The position numbers were made by a program, and so were the translations under genes. Positions 28,707-42,470 of a stretch of DNA of 64,000 bases are shown here, one piece after another (position 1 is the first letter of the stretch; each line of letters begins with the position of its first letter). The notes below the pieces were generated by a model. It saw nothing but the letters and a program-made list of their open reading frames with translations. It had not been told where the DNA came from and searched no databases. The DNA is from Eledone cirrhosa (taxonomy: Eukaryota): positions 273,730,001 through 273,794,000 of the forward strand of contig OZ024740.1 of the NCBI GenBank assembly GCA_964016885.1, read 5' to 3'.

Positions 28707-29142
28707 ACTAGACCTGAAAAATGCGCAAGCTCAAAAGAGTCACAGAATGTTATAATAAACCTTCAAATGTGTGGGACTAGAGCTGTTGCTCAAACATATT
28801 GTAATCATTATCTATCTTACACTCTGTGGCATCCTTTTATAAAAAAGAGACTCATAACGAACTCAAGATGACACGATAATTATTTAAGCTAATGTTCAAT
28901 ATCTCATATTATATGTTTAGTAATGACTAATACGAAATGCACTTAAACCAAATTCTATATTATAAATTCACAAATAATTATCGTGTCGTCTTGAATTCGT
29001 TATGAGTCTCTTTTTTATAAAAGGATGCCACAGAGTGTACGATAGATAATGATTACAATATTTTTGAGCAACAACTCTAGTCCCACACTTTTATTATAAC
29101 ATTATGTGGCTCTTTTGAGCTTGCGCATTTTTCAGGTCTAGT
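28707..29142. mobile_element. Fold-back element: ~175-bp inverted arms, 86-bp spacer
   Basis: Arms 28707-28885 / 28972-29142 with several mismatches and one small indel; lies next to the GIY-YIG remnant. Confidence 0.85.
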
Positions 29143-29862
29143 TTAATATTTTTTTAAGGCAACGCTTGTAATAACTCTAGTTAAACATGATATATATTAA
29201 TAAATTATCGTTGTAATGTAATTAGATTATATAATTGTTATTTTATAAATTATCTTATAAATATTATTGTAAGATGTATAAAAATATGTTCAGACTTTTA
29301 ATATAAACAACTGCAAAAAACAATCAATATTAAATAAATATATTTTACATAATAATTGTTATAGTTGAATTAATAAAAATTAAATATTACATACAAATAG
29401 TCTAACATAATAATAAAAAAATAATCTAACATAAAACGAACAATAATATGGACAAATATACAAGTAAATATGATACAACCAACATTATAAGCATGATATA
29501 ACGAACTGAAAAAGAAATAGTTAATATAAATTTAAAAATTCATATATAAATTAACAATATAACTTACCAAAACGAGAAAAATGTTTTGATGATAAAACGA
29601 CGATATACAGAGGGAAGATTCGAAAGCGAAACGATAAATAAACGTCCAAACAAAGTGGCGGATCCTTTTGAGCAACAATTACTCTCATTGGTTGATTACC
29701 AAATAAGACGATGAAATTAGCCAATAAGACGATACATTACAAAAAATGTTTGGCAGGGATCACCACGGCCAGCGAAACCCCTTGTATTTTTTTATTCACA
29801 AGCTACGCATATATGTCAGACATGCAGACTTAAAACATTCTGTTAGTCACTGCGTGTCTAAC

Positions 29863-30000
<138 letters not shown>

Positions 30001-30598
30001 TGGTGATATTCCTTTAAAGGTTTATTGTTGCAGAAACACTATATATATTTCAATGGACTGGTTATGTGAGATCCTTGTGACATCATCAGGTTCAGATTAC
30101 ATAATTAGTTAATGAAGGAACAGAACCAGAATCAAACATTCGGGGATCGTCTATAACAAAGATAAATCCTAGATTGCAGCCCGTCCCCGAATCAAATATT
30201 TTTTCTGTTTCTATTTGTGTAGGCTGTAATTCCTTTATTGATTAACTAATTATGTAATCTGAACTTATCTCAGTTCCTGCACCAACCACAGAATTCAACA
30301 TCAGCTTTGGATGAGTTGCGTAACGTAGAGTGCTTCCTACTATGACATCTAGGTTGACTAAACGGAAAGATCAATTCTATCCAGTGGAGAATCAATAAAC
30401 ATAAATGAATATATGTAAATATATATAAGTGAGAGAATGGAAAGGAGAGAATGAGAAAAGTAAATCGAACAAAACAGTGTAGAGATAGAGGGCCATGAAC
30501 CCCTACGAGACCGACATGATGACATGAATATATTAAATAATTTAGCTGTCCCACTAAGTATTATTGTCTTTCTTTCTCTATCCTCTCGCTTTCTTTGT

Positions 30599-30737
<139 letters not shown>

Positions 30738-31081
30738 CTTTACTAGAACATTCTTGAGAGGATAATTTGGAAAAATGACTATGCTTCGCTGAGGAGATAT
30801 AAAATAGTTACATATCTGCTGCTTTCACTAAGTTGACAGTTTCATTCCCATTGTATTATCTACAAAGCTTATATCAGCCACAATCGTTGGAGCTGATTCT
30901 CACGGCCGAACGACTTGAAATAGAATTTTCGGTTGAAAAATTGTACAGATGGACTCTTGTTGATTATTCACACAGCTAAAATCTCGTTATATGTATATAC
31001 TTTATACGTATATACCAAGAGGAAATTTTCGCTTCACACTATAGTGACATAAGTATGTTATGTGTGTATTTTTGAAGTATA

Positions 31082-31364
<283 letters not shown>

Positions 31365-31370
31365 TTAAAT

Positions 31371-31450
<80 letters not shown>

Positions 31451-31454
<4 letters not shown>

Positions 31455-31648
31455 TTAATATAGATGAGATTCTACAGGACTAGAACTGTTTCATTCTTTA
31501 GAAATCATCAGGAATCCTGATGATTTCTAAAGAATGAAACAGTTCTAGTCCTGTAGAATCTCATCTATATTAAAACTTTTATACTCTGCAATGTATTGAG
31601 TACCTTACTTACTGTGGTTACCTCCGATTCAACCCGGAATAACGTACG
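31451..31648 (+). mobile_element. Fold-back element: perfect 63-bp-arm palindrome plus unpaired 3' tail, with hammerhead core
   Basis: Arms 31451-31513 / 31515-31577 with a 1-nt centre; CTGATGA (31517) TTTC-TAAA-GAAT GAAAC...GTC; (TA)n on both sides. Confidence 0.85.
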
Positions 31649-32074
31649 TATATATATATAAATATATATACTTATATAAATATATCCAATCTAATCCAAC
31701 CCATCGATTTCTCACTCCTGTTGGAGGATCCCCTACCTGGTTGATCTCAGCAGCTTTCTGTTTGATTTTCGGCATGTCAGGCGTGGAGCCGTACACATCA
31801 CGCTTCGCCAATTCTGTATTGTTGAGGCTAATTACCCCATAGATTGTGTGGATGGCCCTTGATTCTGATTTTGTCATCCACCCTTTTAAAATTTCGTTTT
31901 CTTCAAGCTGCTGTGGTTCCTCACCAGGGTCAGATGGAAGGGTCGCTTTAGGCCCCGAACACTCCAACATGAAGCAGATTGTACTGTTTTACATGGAATC
32001 AGTACCAAGTAGATGCATCATCTACCATCCCTATCCCCTCTCTCTTTTTTCTATATATTTATATATATATATAT

Positions 32075-32542
32075 AATACAATATGTTGAAAAGTAACACA
32101 CTAGAGAGAGACAGTGTGCCATCAATAAAACAGGGAAAACCACCAGTGTATGGAATCTATAATCTAGGGAAGGCAAGGTAGACACACACTAATTAAAAAT
32201 ATAAATTAAAATGTATATACGCACCTCTATAACTATATAACACACGCGTACAAATCCAAAGATATCTGTTTCGCCCGAAACAGATCTCTTTGGATTTGTA
32301 CACAGGTGTTGTATAGTTATAGAGGTGCGTATATACATTTTAATTTATATTTTTAATTAGTGTGTGTCTACCTTGCCTTCCCTAGATTATAGATTCCATA
32401 CACTGGTGGTTTTCCCTGTTTTATTGATGGCACACTGTCTCTCTCTAGTGTGTTACTTTTCAACATATTGTATTTTAAAGAGCTCAGGATTCCTTTTCCT
32501 TTGAGCACATTATCGACATGGAATAACGTTAATTTATCGTGA
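32075..32542 (+). mobile_element. Fold-back element: ~199-bp arms, 2-nt loop, plus 3' tail
   Basis: Arms 32075-32273 / 32276-32474; centre TTTCG-CC-CGAAAC; (TA)n on both sides. Confidence 0.88.
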
Positions 32543-32551
32543 TATATATAC

Positions 32552-32600
<49 letters not shown>

Positions 32601-32876
32601 AAAGTACGTCCACAGAATGATTTGATAAAATATATACAGTATTTCCTCTCCCAATCACCATAAAATCAATTAAACAAGGATATATGTTTTAAAATCACCT
32701 ATGAAGAGACAATAGATAAATAAACGATAGCTATTTTATCCGCGATCAACAGCCACAGAATATTTAGCCAGTATTTCTAATAGCCCGTGGAAATAGATTA
32801 GACATATAGCCAACCAACACAATTAGGTACAGAATCAAAGTTAGAAGAAAAAATGTATATAAGCATACCATAATTA

Positions 32877-32960
32877 TGTCTCTACCCCATGAGATTTCAT
32901 TCGCTTTTGGGAAATATCTGATCATGGATAAATTCACGAAATCGAAATCATCAGGAAACA
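32877..32960 (-). ncRNA. Type I hammerhead ribozyme downstream of a PLE ORF remnant
   Basis: Minus strand: stem I TGTTTC/GAGACA, core CTGATGA, stem II TTCG...CGAA, GAAA, stem III TCTC-AT-GGGG, cleavage triplet GUA. Confidence 0.72.
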
Positions 32961-33039
32961 AACTCAATTGGACAAAGATTTTTCTTAAATGATCCCCGCC
33001 AGAAACGAATTCAAAATGACTAAGAACTGTGACGTGGTT

Positions 33040-33410
33040 AGTGGTCAAGTCTGAAAGTTTGTGATTGGTGCCTGACGGCGAGTGGGCTGGTTTTCGCCTT
33101 CGTATACAGTTTTTTTAGGTTGAGTGCTTGGTGTCTACTATATATTATTTGTGAGTGCATTCATTTTGGGGGACTGGTGGAGAATTGGGGAATATTGTTT
33201 AGCGGCTTTACAATGTTGAAGTGCGTTGGATTGTGAGTGACGACAAAAGGGATATCTGCTTTTTACTTTTTTTGTTGACTTGTTTTTCTCAGTGTTGTCA
33301 CTGGGATGTTCTGGGCCGTGAAGATGGCCGTATTGATGAGGTTCACCGGATATTCTTGTCTTTTAAGGAACTATTTTAGTTCATATAGTCTGTTTTCCGA
33401 TACCGGATTG
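33040..33410 (-). pseudogene. Penelope-like element RT C-terminal/linker remnant
   Basis: ENRLYELK*FLKRQEYPVNLINTAI...IPFVVTHNP, then an NLKK-like motif; matches the PLE post-RT region; in-frame stops. Confidence 0.75.
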
Positions 33411-33848
33411 GACAACTAGTTAAGCAATCATTGACAGAGAAAATCCTCCATAACAAGTTGTGGTTCACTTTGAAAGGTGTGTTTAATGCAGAAGCAATGA
33501 GGTGTCATAATGTAGTACAGATTACAGAAAACTAGTTTAGATTGAAGTCTAGTAAGGACCTTATAAGAGGATTTTAGGAGAGACGGTCTTCTGCGAGATT
33601 GTACCTGGACCAATTATTCAAAACCAGGACGATTGCTGCTTTGTCAGACGTAAAGCACGACTTTTAAAACGCGAAAAAAGGCGTTAGATGGAACCGGATG
33701 TCAATAAAGCTACATTTTGTTTTTCTTTTTGGTGGACCACGATGTACGTATCTACTTTATACCAAACAGATGTGATCTAATTTTGAGGAAGAGGCGAAGA
33801 GATGTGTAAAATTTCACCAGGAACATTTCCTGGGCCTGCAGTTTAGTA

Positions 33849-33899
<51 letters not shown>

Positions 33900-36487
33900 A
33901 TAGCCAATAGTCCGGTAGATATATGAATGAATGGATATTGTGATAGATAAATAATTGACTCCACATATATACATTTAGATAGGTAGATAGATAGATGGAC
34001 AGGCAAGTATAATAAACAGATATATTTAAATAAGAACATCCATTGTCAAATATGACTGTAAATGCACGGGTGGTGAATAGAGAAATGCAATGATTTCCTT
34101 AAGTACATATGTAAGCATATTCTGTATATATATGTATGTGTCTGCTTGTGTATGCATTTATCTAAGTACGTACGAGTGTGTGTAATGTATTGTACATCAT
34201 CTATCTTCAGCGCATTTAATTGAATAAAATAACAGGGATAGAGAAAATCTAGCTTGAGGCTGTTGATTGAACCAAAGTCTTGTAGTTTTAAATGGCTTGA
34301 CTGAAAGATTCAAGATGAAGAACTTAAGTAACGTAAATCTGCCCTCAGGTCTATTTTCTTGACTAATGGGTAATTTAGCAAGATAATATATGATGTAATT
34401 TTCAGATAAATATGACGTAAATACGTTGTTCTGTTTACCACTGCAAATAAATATGTATCGAACTTCTTGCTCTTTATTTTTTACCTTTATTATTCTTTTT
34501 TTTTTTGTTATTTATCCCCAGGTTATTACTGAACAAATTAAACTATTAGGAAAAGCTTTCCAGTCGTGACCATCATTTTTTCTTTCAGACGCTGCGTTTT
34601 GGAACACCTGATTCAGAGTACCCTTAAATGTTTTAAATGTGATATGACGGGGTTATGTGAAGACGATCTGATTGTTATGCTAAATGTATCAGGTAGGGCA
34701 ACCATGTAGGAATTCCTCTACTCTCACGGAGGTTTTATTTTTATACGGTGGTTCAATAACAATTTTCATTTTATCAACTGTATATTTTCTTCATCATCTT
34801 GGAATTATTCATAATTGAATGTAATATCGATTTCCCGTTAGATATATGTATGTGGTTGAGCATAATATATAATAGAGGTCTCTTACTAGAGGGCTGTTTA
34901 ACCGTGCGTAATCAAAACAAGCATCCAGATACAATACAAGGGGATAATTAAGGCGAAACCATCAGTTTAACGTTATGGTGTATATATGTGAAATCCGTTT
35001 TAAGAGCACTTTCCCCCACTAATTTAATCAAACAGAGTAACAGAAGAACTGTACCTGGTAGAGGATCCTACTAAAAATAGAAACTAAGTTATTGACAACT
35101 TCACTCAAAATCTTAAGAAAAGAAAGGACATATTGGATAATGTAGTTCCGGAATCATTATCTGAAAATTTTCAGATTCATGATAGTAATGTTCCATGTTA
35201 TGTTTCATTAGTCAGAGGTGACTTGACGATAAACAGCAATTATGGTGATAAGAAAACAAGCAAATGTGGGCACTTCTACGTAGTCACCTAGCCCACAGGA
35301 AATAGTAGCTAAATCTCCTTCATATCATAGACCCCAACCTTTTTCCTGGAGCAGTCAGCTTGTAACTATATTGAAAAACATTAGCTGGGGCAATTGCATC
35401 AGTCTCTGAGAACCTGTGAATAGTATAAACACAAAATGTTCCTTATAGCAAATATAACAACCCACCAAATAACGTTTAGACCGACTGAATAGTTTCGACA
35501 CAAATCCAACTACGTTGTTAGAGAGATATAAGGAAACTTTGACTACATATAGTAGAGTGAATCAAGTAAGATTCACACCCATCTTCCGGTTATATTCATA
35601 AGAAGTTTTGAACATAGTACTGGACCTAACCGAAACATTATTAAATTATATTCTATGACTGCATCGTGCAATTGAGAGCTGTACCATCAAACGATATTTA
35701 GCCATTGCATAGAAAATGTCGGCTTTTGATAATAAAACTGCTTTCGCTAAATCGCTGTTCCAGATTAGAACCCTCAATCATTTAGCTAGTTGACTGATGC
35801 TAAATCGTATTGGCTGCCTGTAGATTTCAGATAGACTGCATTTAGATGAGCAGTATTTTACCACAAGTTAAATTTAAGAAACGTAGTAATGCTTCAAATC
35901 TGGTACTCAGAGTATTCTGTTAACGCTAACTTAACAAACAACATAAATAAGCATTTAAATAATCAAATATCATTGCCAGAACAAATATTTAAGTTGCCAT
36001 CCCGAACTGTTCCACTGGAAACATATTAAAGATTAAAAACAACTCACTAAATTCAGTATCTTGTCGCTGATACTGTGTATGGAAGAGAAAAAGAGAAGGA
36101 TTGCCCCTGGAATTGCTTGAAGTCTGCCTAGCATCAAAATCTTATTGCCTGTCTTAGAATTTGCTTAAGATTATCTGTCAGAAATATCAGCAAACTGGTA
36201 TCTTAATCTTTAATTCTCTGACAAAATTCAAATAAATATAAAGAATGGGAAACAAAAAGATATAGAAACGAAATAATATAAAACAAAAGAAAATAGAAAA
36301 GGAAAAATTAGTTTCTTTTTCATTGATCTGATTTCAATAAGATGGTAAAATGGTGAAACTATGGACTGTCTGCTCAATTCAGCTTTCGCGGTAGGTGGAT
36401 TCTTTCTCGTTTAAACTAAACCGTCCGACATATTGATCTGAGTTTGCCGCTTTCCGCTCTCAATTCCGACGCTCCCCTTCTCTTCAG

Positions 36488-36628
36488 ATTGTTTCAATGA
36501 AGTGGAAGACATTTCGTCATGACAATTGGATTATATTTTTTTCATTGTTTTTGTTGTTCTTCACTTCTTACGAAACCTCGTCAAGTTGGATGAAAAGCTA
36601 GAAGATGATGATGAGACCATGCAACAAG
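36488..36628 (+). CDS. Putative first coding exon of a secreted prepropeptide (needs a 1-nt correction in a T7 run)
   Basis: Acceptor CCCTTCTCTTCAG, donor AAG|GTTAGT. With T6 at 36536-42 it reads MTIGLYFFIVFVVLHFLRNLVKLDEKLEDDDETMQQ (hydrophobic leader then acidic stretch); ends in phase 1. Confidence 0.4.
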
Positions 36629-37080
36629 GTTAGTTATTCCCTCACGGATAGAATGTAATCTCGCTTTCTCACATGCTCTCCATCTCCCCCTCACTCGTTC
36701 TCTGTCTTCCTTGCACACATAAAACACCCTCTTCTCATTCTTTGGTTCATTCCCATATCACTTTCGATTCTTATTATGTCGCTCTCTCTTTCCCTCTTTC
36801 TCTATCTCCTATTTTATGTTTCTCTTTACTTCTTTCTCTTCTTGTTTTGAATTTCTTCTTAATGCTCATACTGTTTCTGTTTTTGCTTTTGTACATTTAC
36901 CTTCCGCTATTTTATCTCTTACACAGATACACGCGCACGTACACTCTCACTTTGTCTTCTCATTGCATCTTTATCATTTTCTTTTGGTTCATTTTTCTGA
37001 TTTGTATTCTTTATATTTCTTTATATTCTTGTATGCCTTCCATTTATTTATCTGACATTTCAACCTCTATTCCCTTCCCA

Positions 37081-37082
<2 letters not shown>

Positions 37083-37163
<81 letters not shown>

Positions 37164-37165
37164 GC

Positions 37166-37198
<33 letters not shown>

Positions 37199-37207
37199 AT
37201 CTCTCGC
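37083..37207. repeat. (CT)n microsatellite
   Basis: Read directly. Confidence 0.95.
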
Positions 37208-38979
37208 TTGATCTCTCTGTCCACCTAACTCCCCCACTCTTTCTTTCTCTCGCACACATGCTCAATTGTTCTACTACTATTTTCCCAATGCATTCACAAT
37301 CCCTCTCTATTTTTCTGCTTTCTTTTCCATCGTTTTCCCTCTTATTACCTCATTCTATCTTTCTAATAGCCACATTAATCCTCTATTCGTTCCACTAATA
37401 CTTGCACACTCACATGGTTTCTCGTCCTTTTTCCTGCTCGTTTTTTCTTCCCTCGTCTCGTGTGCTTTGTGGCAAAGTTTCCAGGAATCTTTTAGTGAAA
37501 CATTTTTGGAAAGTAACGGTAAAGAATTCGACAAAATGTTCTGTATTTCATCGGCGCCTAATTAGAGAGTAGTGGACTGGGGTGGTGATATCGGCAAACA
37601 TGTTAATGCGACAGAGAAAGTAACGTATGGCATTTAGTAGTCAATTCAAGTTCAGAGTTCAAATTCTATTGGTTCTAACTTTTCATTTCAGTTGCTCAGA
37701 TTTACTTGAGTCCCTTCAAGAGAATGTATTGCGATAGTAACTTGTCAGTGTATTGCTAACTTGAAATCATAGAGAAATATGTCAAAGTTTTATAAATGAT
37801 AGTGATGAGTGTAGTGTTGCTAATGTTGCTTTTGTAGATGATGTATAATCTCAGGCGCCCTTTGCTCAATCCGTTCTATTACATGGATATAGTCAGCCGA
37901 ACAACAAGACGCAATTACAAATCAATCTTTCCACCTACACTATGCTGCTGTCTACCTGAATACATATTTTCCACTTGGACATGCAGTGTTTAATCTTATA
38001 TAATTTAGCGCGACTGTCTAGACATAAAATACCCTCACCTCTAATCAAGAATGTTAGGACAATAAATTCTGTAAAATATGGGCAAGGTGAACCCAAACAG
38101 AATATGGTGGCATTTATCCAAGCACAGTATTTGGGATTAACGAGACTATTGGTGTTGTTGTTGTTTCAGAGTATAGGTGTTGCTTATATTTGTTTGTTCC
38201 GAGTGAGAGACAAAATGATTTTATAATTTTACATTAGGGCTCAGTTTATGTGACAAGCTTGTGCAACTGGCATGTACTATTAGTTTTTCAGTTTTAGTAT
38301 TACTGATTCTGCTGGAAGGCAATTTATGTGTAAACTGGAATAAAGATGGTAATGAGTTTGGGGATGGTGGTGAAACTAATGTTGGTGATTGTGGTGGTTT
38401 TGACGACGAAGTTTGAGATAAAGGTGGTTAAACATAAATGGGAATGTTTATTAACTCGATGATAATGATGGCGTGTTTCAATTTATATCAAAATATATAT
38501 TAGATTCTCTCCGTATTTACTTTGCTTTGCTCCTTCATAATATCTGATGATTTCCTTGGCCTAACCAAAAAATATCCCCTCCGTCATTGCTTCATCGACT
38601 CCTGCTTAAGCAATATAAACGATTAGTTTGGAAACTATAATTATTGTGAATTGCGTCTCGTCATGGACTACAAGCTACAAGTCTATGGAATCAGATCACT
38701 GGACATTTTTAGACAGTAGAGATTTTCAAGAGAACAAGTGACTAGGAAATCTATTTTATTATATATATTTCTATTTCTTGATTCTGAATGTATGGTGGTA
38801 TACGGTTGGTAAACGGTTGGTAAAATAAATTAAAATAACTAATTATAGACTACTTCAATGTTGTTAACAAAAATCCTTTCTCATTGAAATACCTATATTA
38901 TGACTGATCAAAATATATCTACATATTTCCTCATAAAGTTATATATCAGGCTGCTGAAGATCTTGCACTATTATTGGAG

Positions 38980-39382
38980 TAGCATAGTTACGTCCCTTTA
39001 CGATCTGAGTTCAAATGCCGCCGAGGTTGACTTTGCCTTTGATCCTTACGGGGTCGATAAAATAAAGTACCAGTAATGCACTGGGTAATTGCTGGCCTTG
39101 TGCCTAAAGTAGAAACAATTATCATCTAATACTACACTTTGATCTAAGCCAAACGACTGAGAAGGTGGAATGGCAGTATCGGTAGAGCATCGGACAACAT
39201 GCTTTGTTTATGGCATATAATTATGGCCCTTTCCGTTTATATTCCAAATTCCGTCAGGTGAGCTTTGTCTTTCATCGTTACGGAGTTGAGAAACTAAAGT
39301 ACCTTAATGCACTAGGGTTAACGTAATCGACTTTCCCCTTACCTTCAAATTGCTGCCCTTGTGCCAAATGTAGAAACAATTA
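38980..39382 (+). mobile_element. Two adjacent SINE family A copies
   Basis: ~38980-39121 (5'-truncated) and ~39163-39382, both with family motifs. Confidence 0.85.
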
Positions 39383-39540
39383 TTATCATCTGATGGCCTA
39401 ATTGGTTTCAGGAAATAACTAGCAACTATATTTATATGGTGGGTTGAGGTTTAACTGATACATATGAAATATATATTGATTAAGTTGCTCAACAAAGAAA
39501 GCTCAGTAAACATTAAGCTCATATATATAAATATATATAT

Positions 39541-39902
39541 AACGAAGGAAATGTGGTAAGGAACCAGGTGGACCATAACGCACCAAAGTACTCAATACTT
39601 AGGGTAGTAGAGTGGGTAATAGGAACAAGTAAGACCCCGATGGCTGAGCTCAAGCCGTTTCGACGGCTATTTCTGTACTGAGTAAGACCCCGACGGCTTG
39701 AGCTCAGCCGTCGGCGTCTTACTTGTTCCTAAATATATATATATATATATAAAGATTCAGGACTCCGACTTTTGAGCTCCAGCCGTTTCGACAGCTAGAT
39801 CCGAACTAGCTGTCGAAACTGCCGGAACTCAGCCATCGGATTCCTGAATCTTTTCATATAATCTGGTGGGTTATGGTCTACCTGGTATTATACCACACCC
39901 TA

Positions 39903-39907
<5 letters not shown>
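39541..39907. mobile_element. Two copies of a short (TA)n-associated family with hammerhead 3' half and fold-back ends
   Basis: 39541-39731 (-) and 39751-39907 (+; arms 39751-39798 / 39806-39853) are homologous to 47481-47671 and 48075-48212. Confidence 0.8.
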
Positions 39908-39943
<36 letters not shown>

Positions 39944-39944
<1 letters not shown>

Positions 39945-40065
39945 AAAAAATGAAATTTCATTTCTCACTCTTAGTACGGCTGATACTTAAATATAAGTAT
40001 GTATACGTACATACATATATGTATACAGACGTACAGTAGTAGGTATATACATACATACATACATG

Positions 40066-40144
<79 letters not shown>

Positions 40145-41070
40145 GTATGGGTTTACCGAACATTTATTAGAATGTTCGGTTTGTAAACAAACAGCCCGAT
40201 TTAAGCCGTGGTTGGCAACCGTCGTTGTCCTTTTGTTCAACACTGACAAACGAACGATGAACTAGTTTCTAGCTTCTTAGCTGCCATCAGCACCGTATAC
40301 CCTCCTGTCAATCGAGTGAACGTTTGAAAGTATATACTTTCCGTATGCATATTAACGGCTGAGCAGCCGAATTTGCATATCGAGTGAGTTAGTCGGCCGG
40401 GCGTACCGAAAACGATAAGTGGAAAAAATGAAATTTCATTTCTCACTCTTAGTACGGCAGATACTTAAATATAAGTATGTATACGTACATACATATATGT
40501 ATACAGACGTACAGTAGTATGTATATACATACATACATGCACACATATATATATATGTACGTATGGGTTTACCGAACATTTATTTACAAACATTTATTTA
40601 CAAACAAACCAAACATTCTAATAAATGTTCGGTAAACCCATACGTACATATGTATATATTTGTGCAAGTATGTATGTATATACATACTACTGTACGTCTG
40701 TATACATATATGTATGTACGTATACATACTTATATTTAAGTATCAGCCGTACTAAGAGTGAGAAATGAAATTTCACTTTTTCCATTTATCGTTTTCGGTA
40801 CGCCTGGCCGACAAACTCACTCGATATGCAAATTAGGCTGCTCAGCCGTTAATATGCATAAGGAAAGTATATACTTTCAAACGTTCAATCGATTGACTGG
40901 AAGATATACACTGCTGATGACAGCTAAGAAGCTAGAAACTATTACATCGTTCCTTTGTCAGTGTTGAACAAAAGGGCCACGATGGTTACCGAACACTGTA
41001 CGGCTAATGCTTCGGGTTGTTTGTGTACAAACAAACAGAGCATTATAATACATTTTCGGTAAACCCATAC

Positions 41071-41151
<81 letters not shown>

Positions 41152-41218
41152 CATGTATGTATATATACACATACTACTGTACGACTGTATACATATATGT
41201 ATGTACGTATACATACTT

Positions 41219-41221
<3 letters not shown>
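39944..41221. mobile_element. ~1.25-kb palindrome of a ~480-bp tandem unit with one hammerhead per arm (retrozyme/PLE-like)
   Basis: Unit start GAAAAAATGAAATTTCATTTCTCACTCTTAG at 39944 and again at 40422; inversion centre ~40600; hammerheads at 40254-40296 (-) and 40908-40950 (+). Confidence 0.8.
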
Positions 41222-41280
<59 letters not shown>

Positions 41281-41647
41281 GGGGGGGAGAGCGACCTACG
41301 TGTGTGTGTGTGTACCAATACCTCTGGCAGCCTAATGAGTTTCAATCGTTTGGCAAAAGTCAAAACGAAACAAAACAAAAACAGGAATAATGCAATAGAT
41401 GAATTAAGATTTGGATTAAAGTCCAATGCAAGAGAATGTAAGACTCGTTGGAATCAGTAAATCAGAAGCAAACATATAATTCTCAACTAAAAACTGTTTG
41501 AATTTAACGAATTTGGTTGTCGTGAATCGGCTAGAATATGAGAGTAGTAATATTAACATCTGATTATACATGGAAGGTAGATGTATTGAAATGATTCAAT
41601 AAAATATTCTGTGCTATGTAGACATCAGTACACCTTTGTTAAACTTA

Positions 41648-42470
41648 TCTATATATATAAAACTGTGGTTGTCTGTCTGTCTATCGATTTTTGGCACACA
41701 TCTCCTCTTAGAATCTCTCACGGAATTGCACCGAAATTGCTATACTTGTACATTGAGCCCTAGCGAAGACATCGGAAAAAATAAATTTCAAATTGACCCA
41801 CCCTATGTGACGAAATCGAATATAGTGTATCGATTTTTGAGCGTAAGTTATCAGTTATTTCCCTTTGTTCTGTTTACATTGAGCGTCTTACGTAAAAAAT
41901 TACAATACACGAACAGTTGTCGAGCCAGCAAAATATTGACCTGCAAAATTCATCAGTTCGAACACTGAGCTGCCGTTTTGCTTCATTTCCATTTAAAAGC
42001 ATTTTAAAACAATATTTTTACTTGAAAACAAGTCTATTTAAAGACTACGTAAAACAAGCAAATATTTCGTCGTTAGGCGTGCAGACAGACAGTCGTGCAG
42101 AGAGGTGATATAGGCGTGCAGACAGACAGTCGTGCAGAGAGGTGATATAGGCGTGCAGACAAACATAACTGATAATTTGGTTACGCTAATGTTTTTCTCT
42201 GCGTTGCAGTATTTACATTTTCGATCTTTGTTAATAAATAACCAGTGCAGTTTCTATCCCCAGCATCCTCTTTTGTTATAATATTCGGGTTATCGTTATG
42301 TTTTCTTAACTTCATAAGGCATATTGTTGGTTGAGGGAATATTAATCAAAAACACCACATGCAAGTCTGCACAGTAGACACTACAGTTTTTAAGCCAAAA
42401 AAGAAACTTAACATTGTAACTTTAACACAGCTACTGAGCGACCCCGAGCAACGCCGGGCTTTACTGCTAG
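41648..42470 (+). mobile_element. Non-autonomous Helitron
   Basis: A|TCTATATATATAAAA 5' end; subterminal hairpin CCCG-AGCAACGC-CGGG; CTAG|T 3' end; no TSD; internal 37-bp tandem repeat at ~42074-42160. Confidence 0.8.

Noticed and set aside
31629-31970. 113-aa minus-strand ORF
   Set aside because: No recognisable motif or splice support; it ends in repeat sequence.
42074-42160. 37-bp direct repeats as a CRISPR array
   Set aside because: Head-to-tail tandem copies with no unique spacers, in a eukaryotic Helitron.
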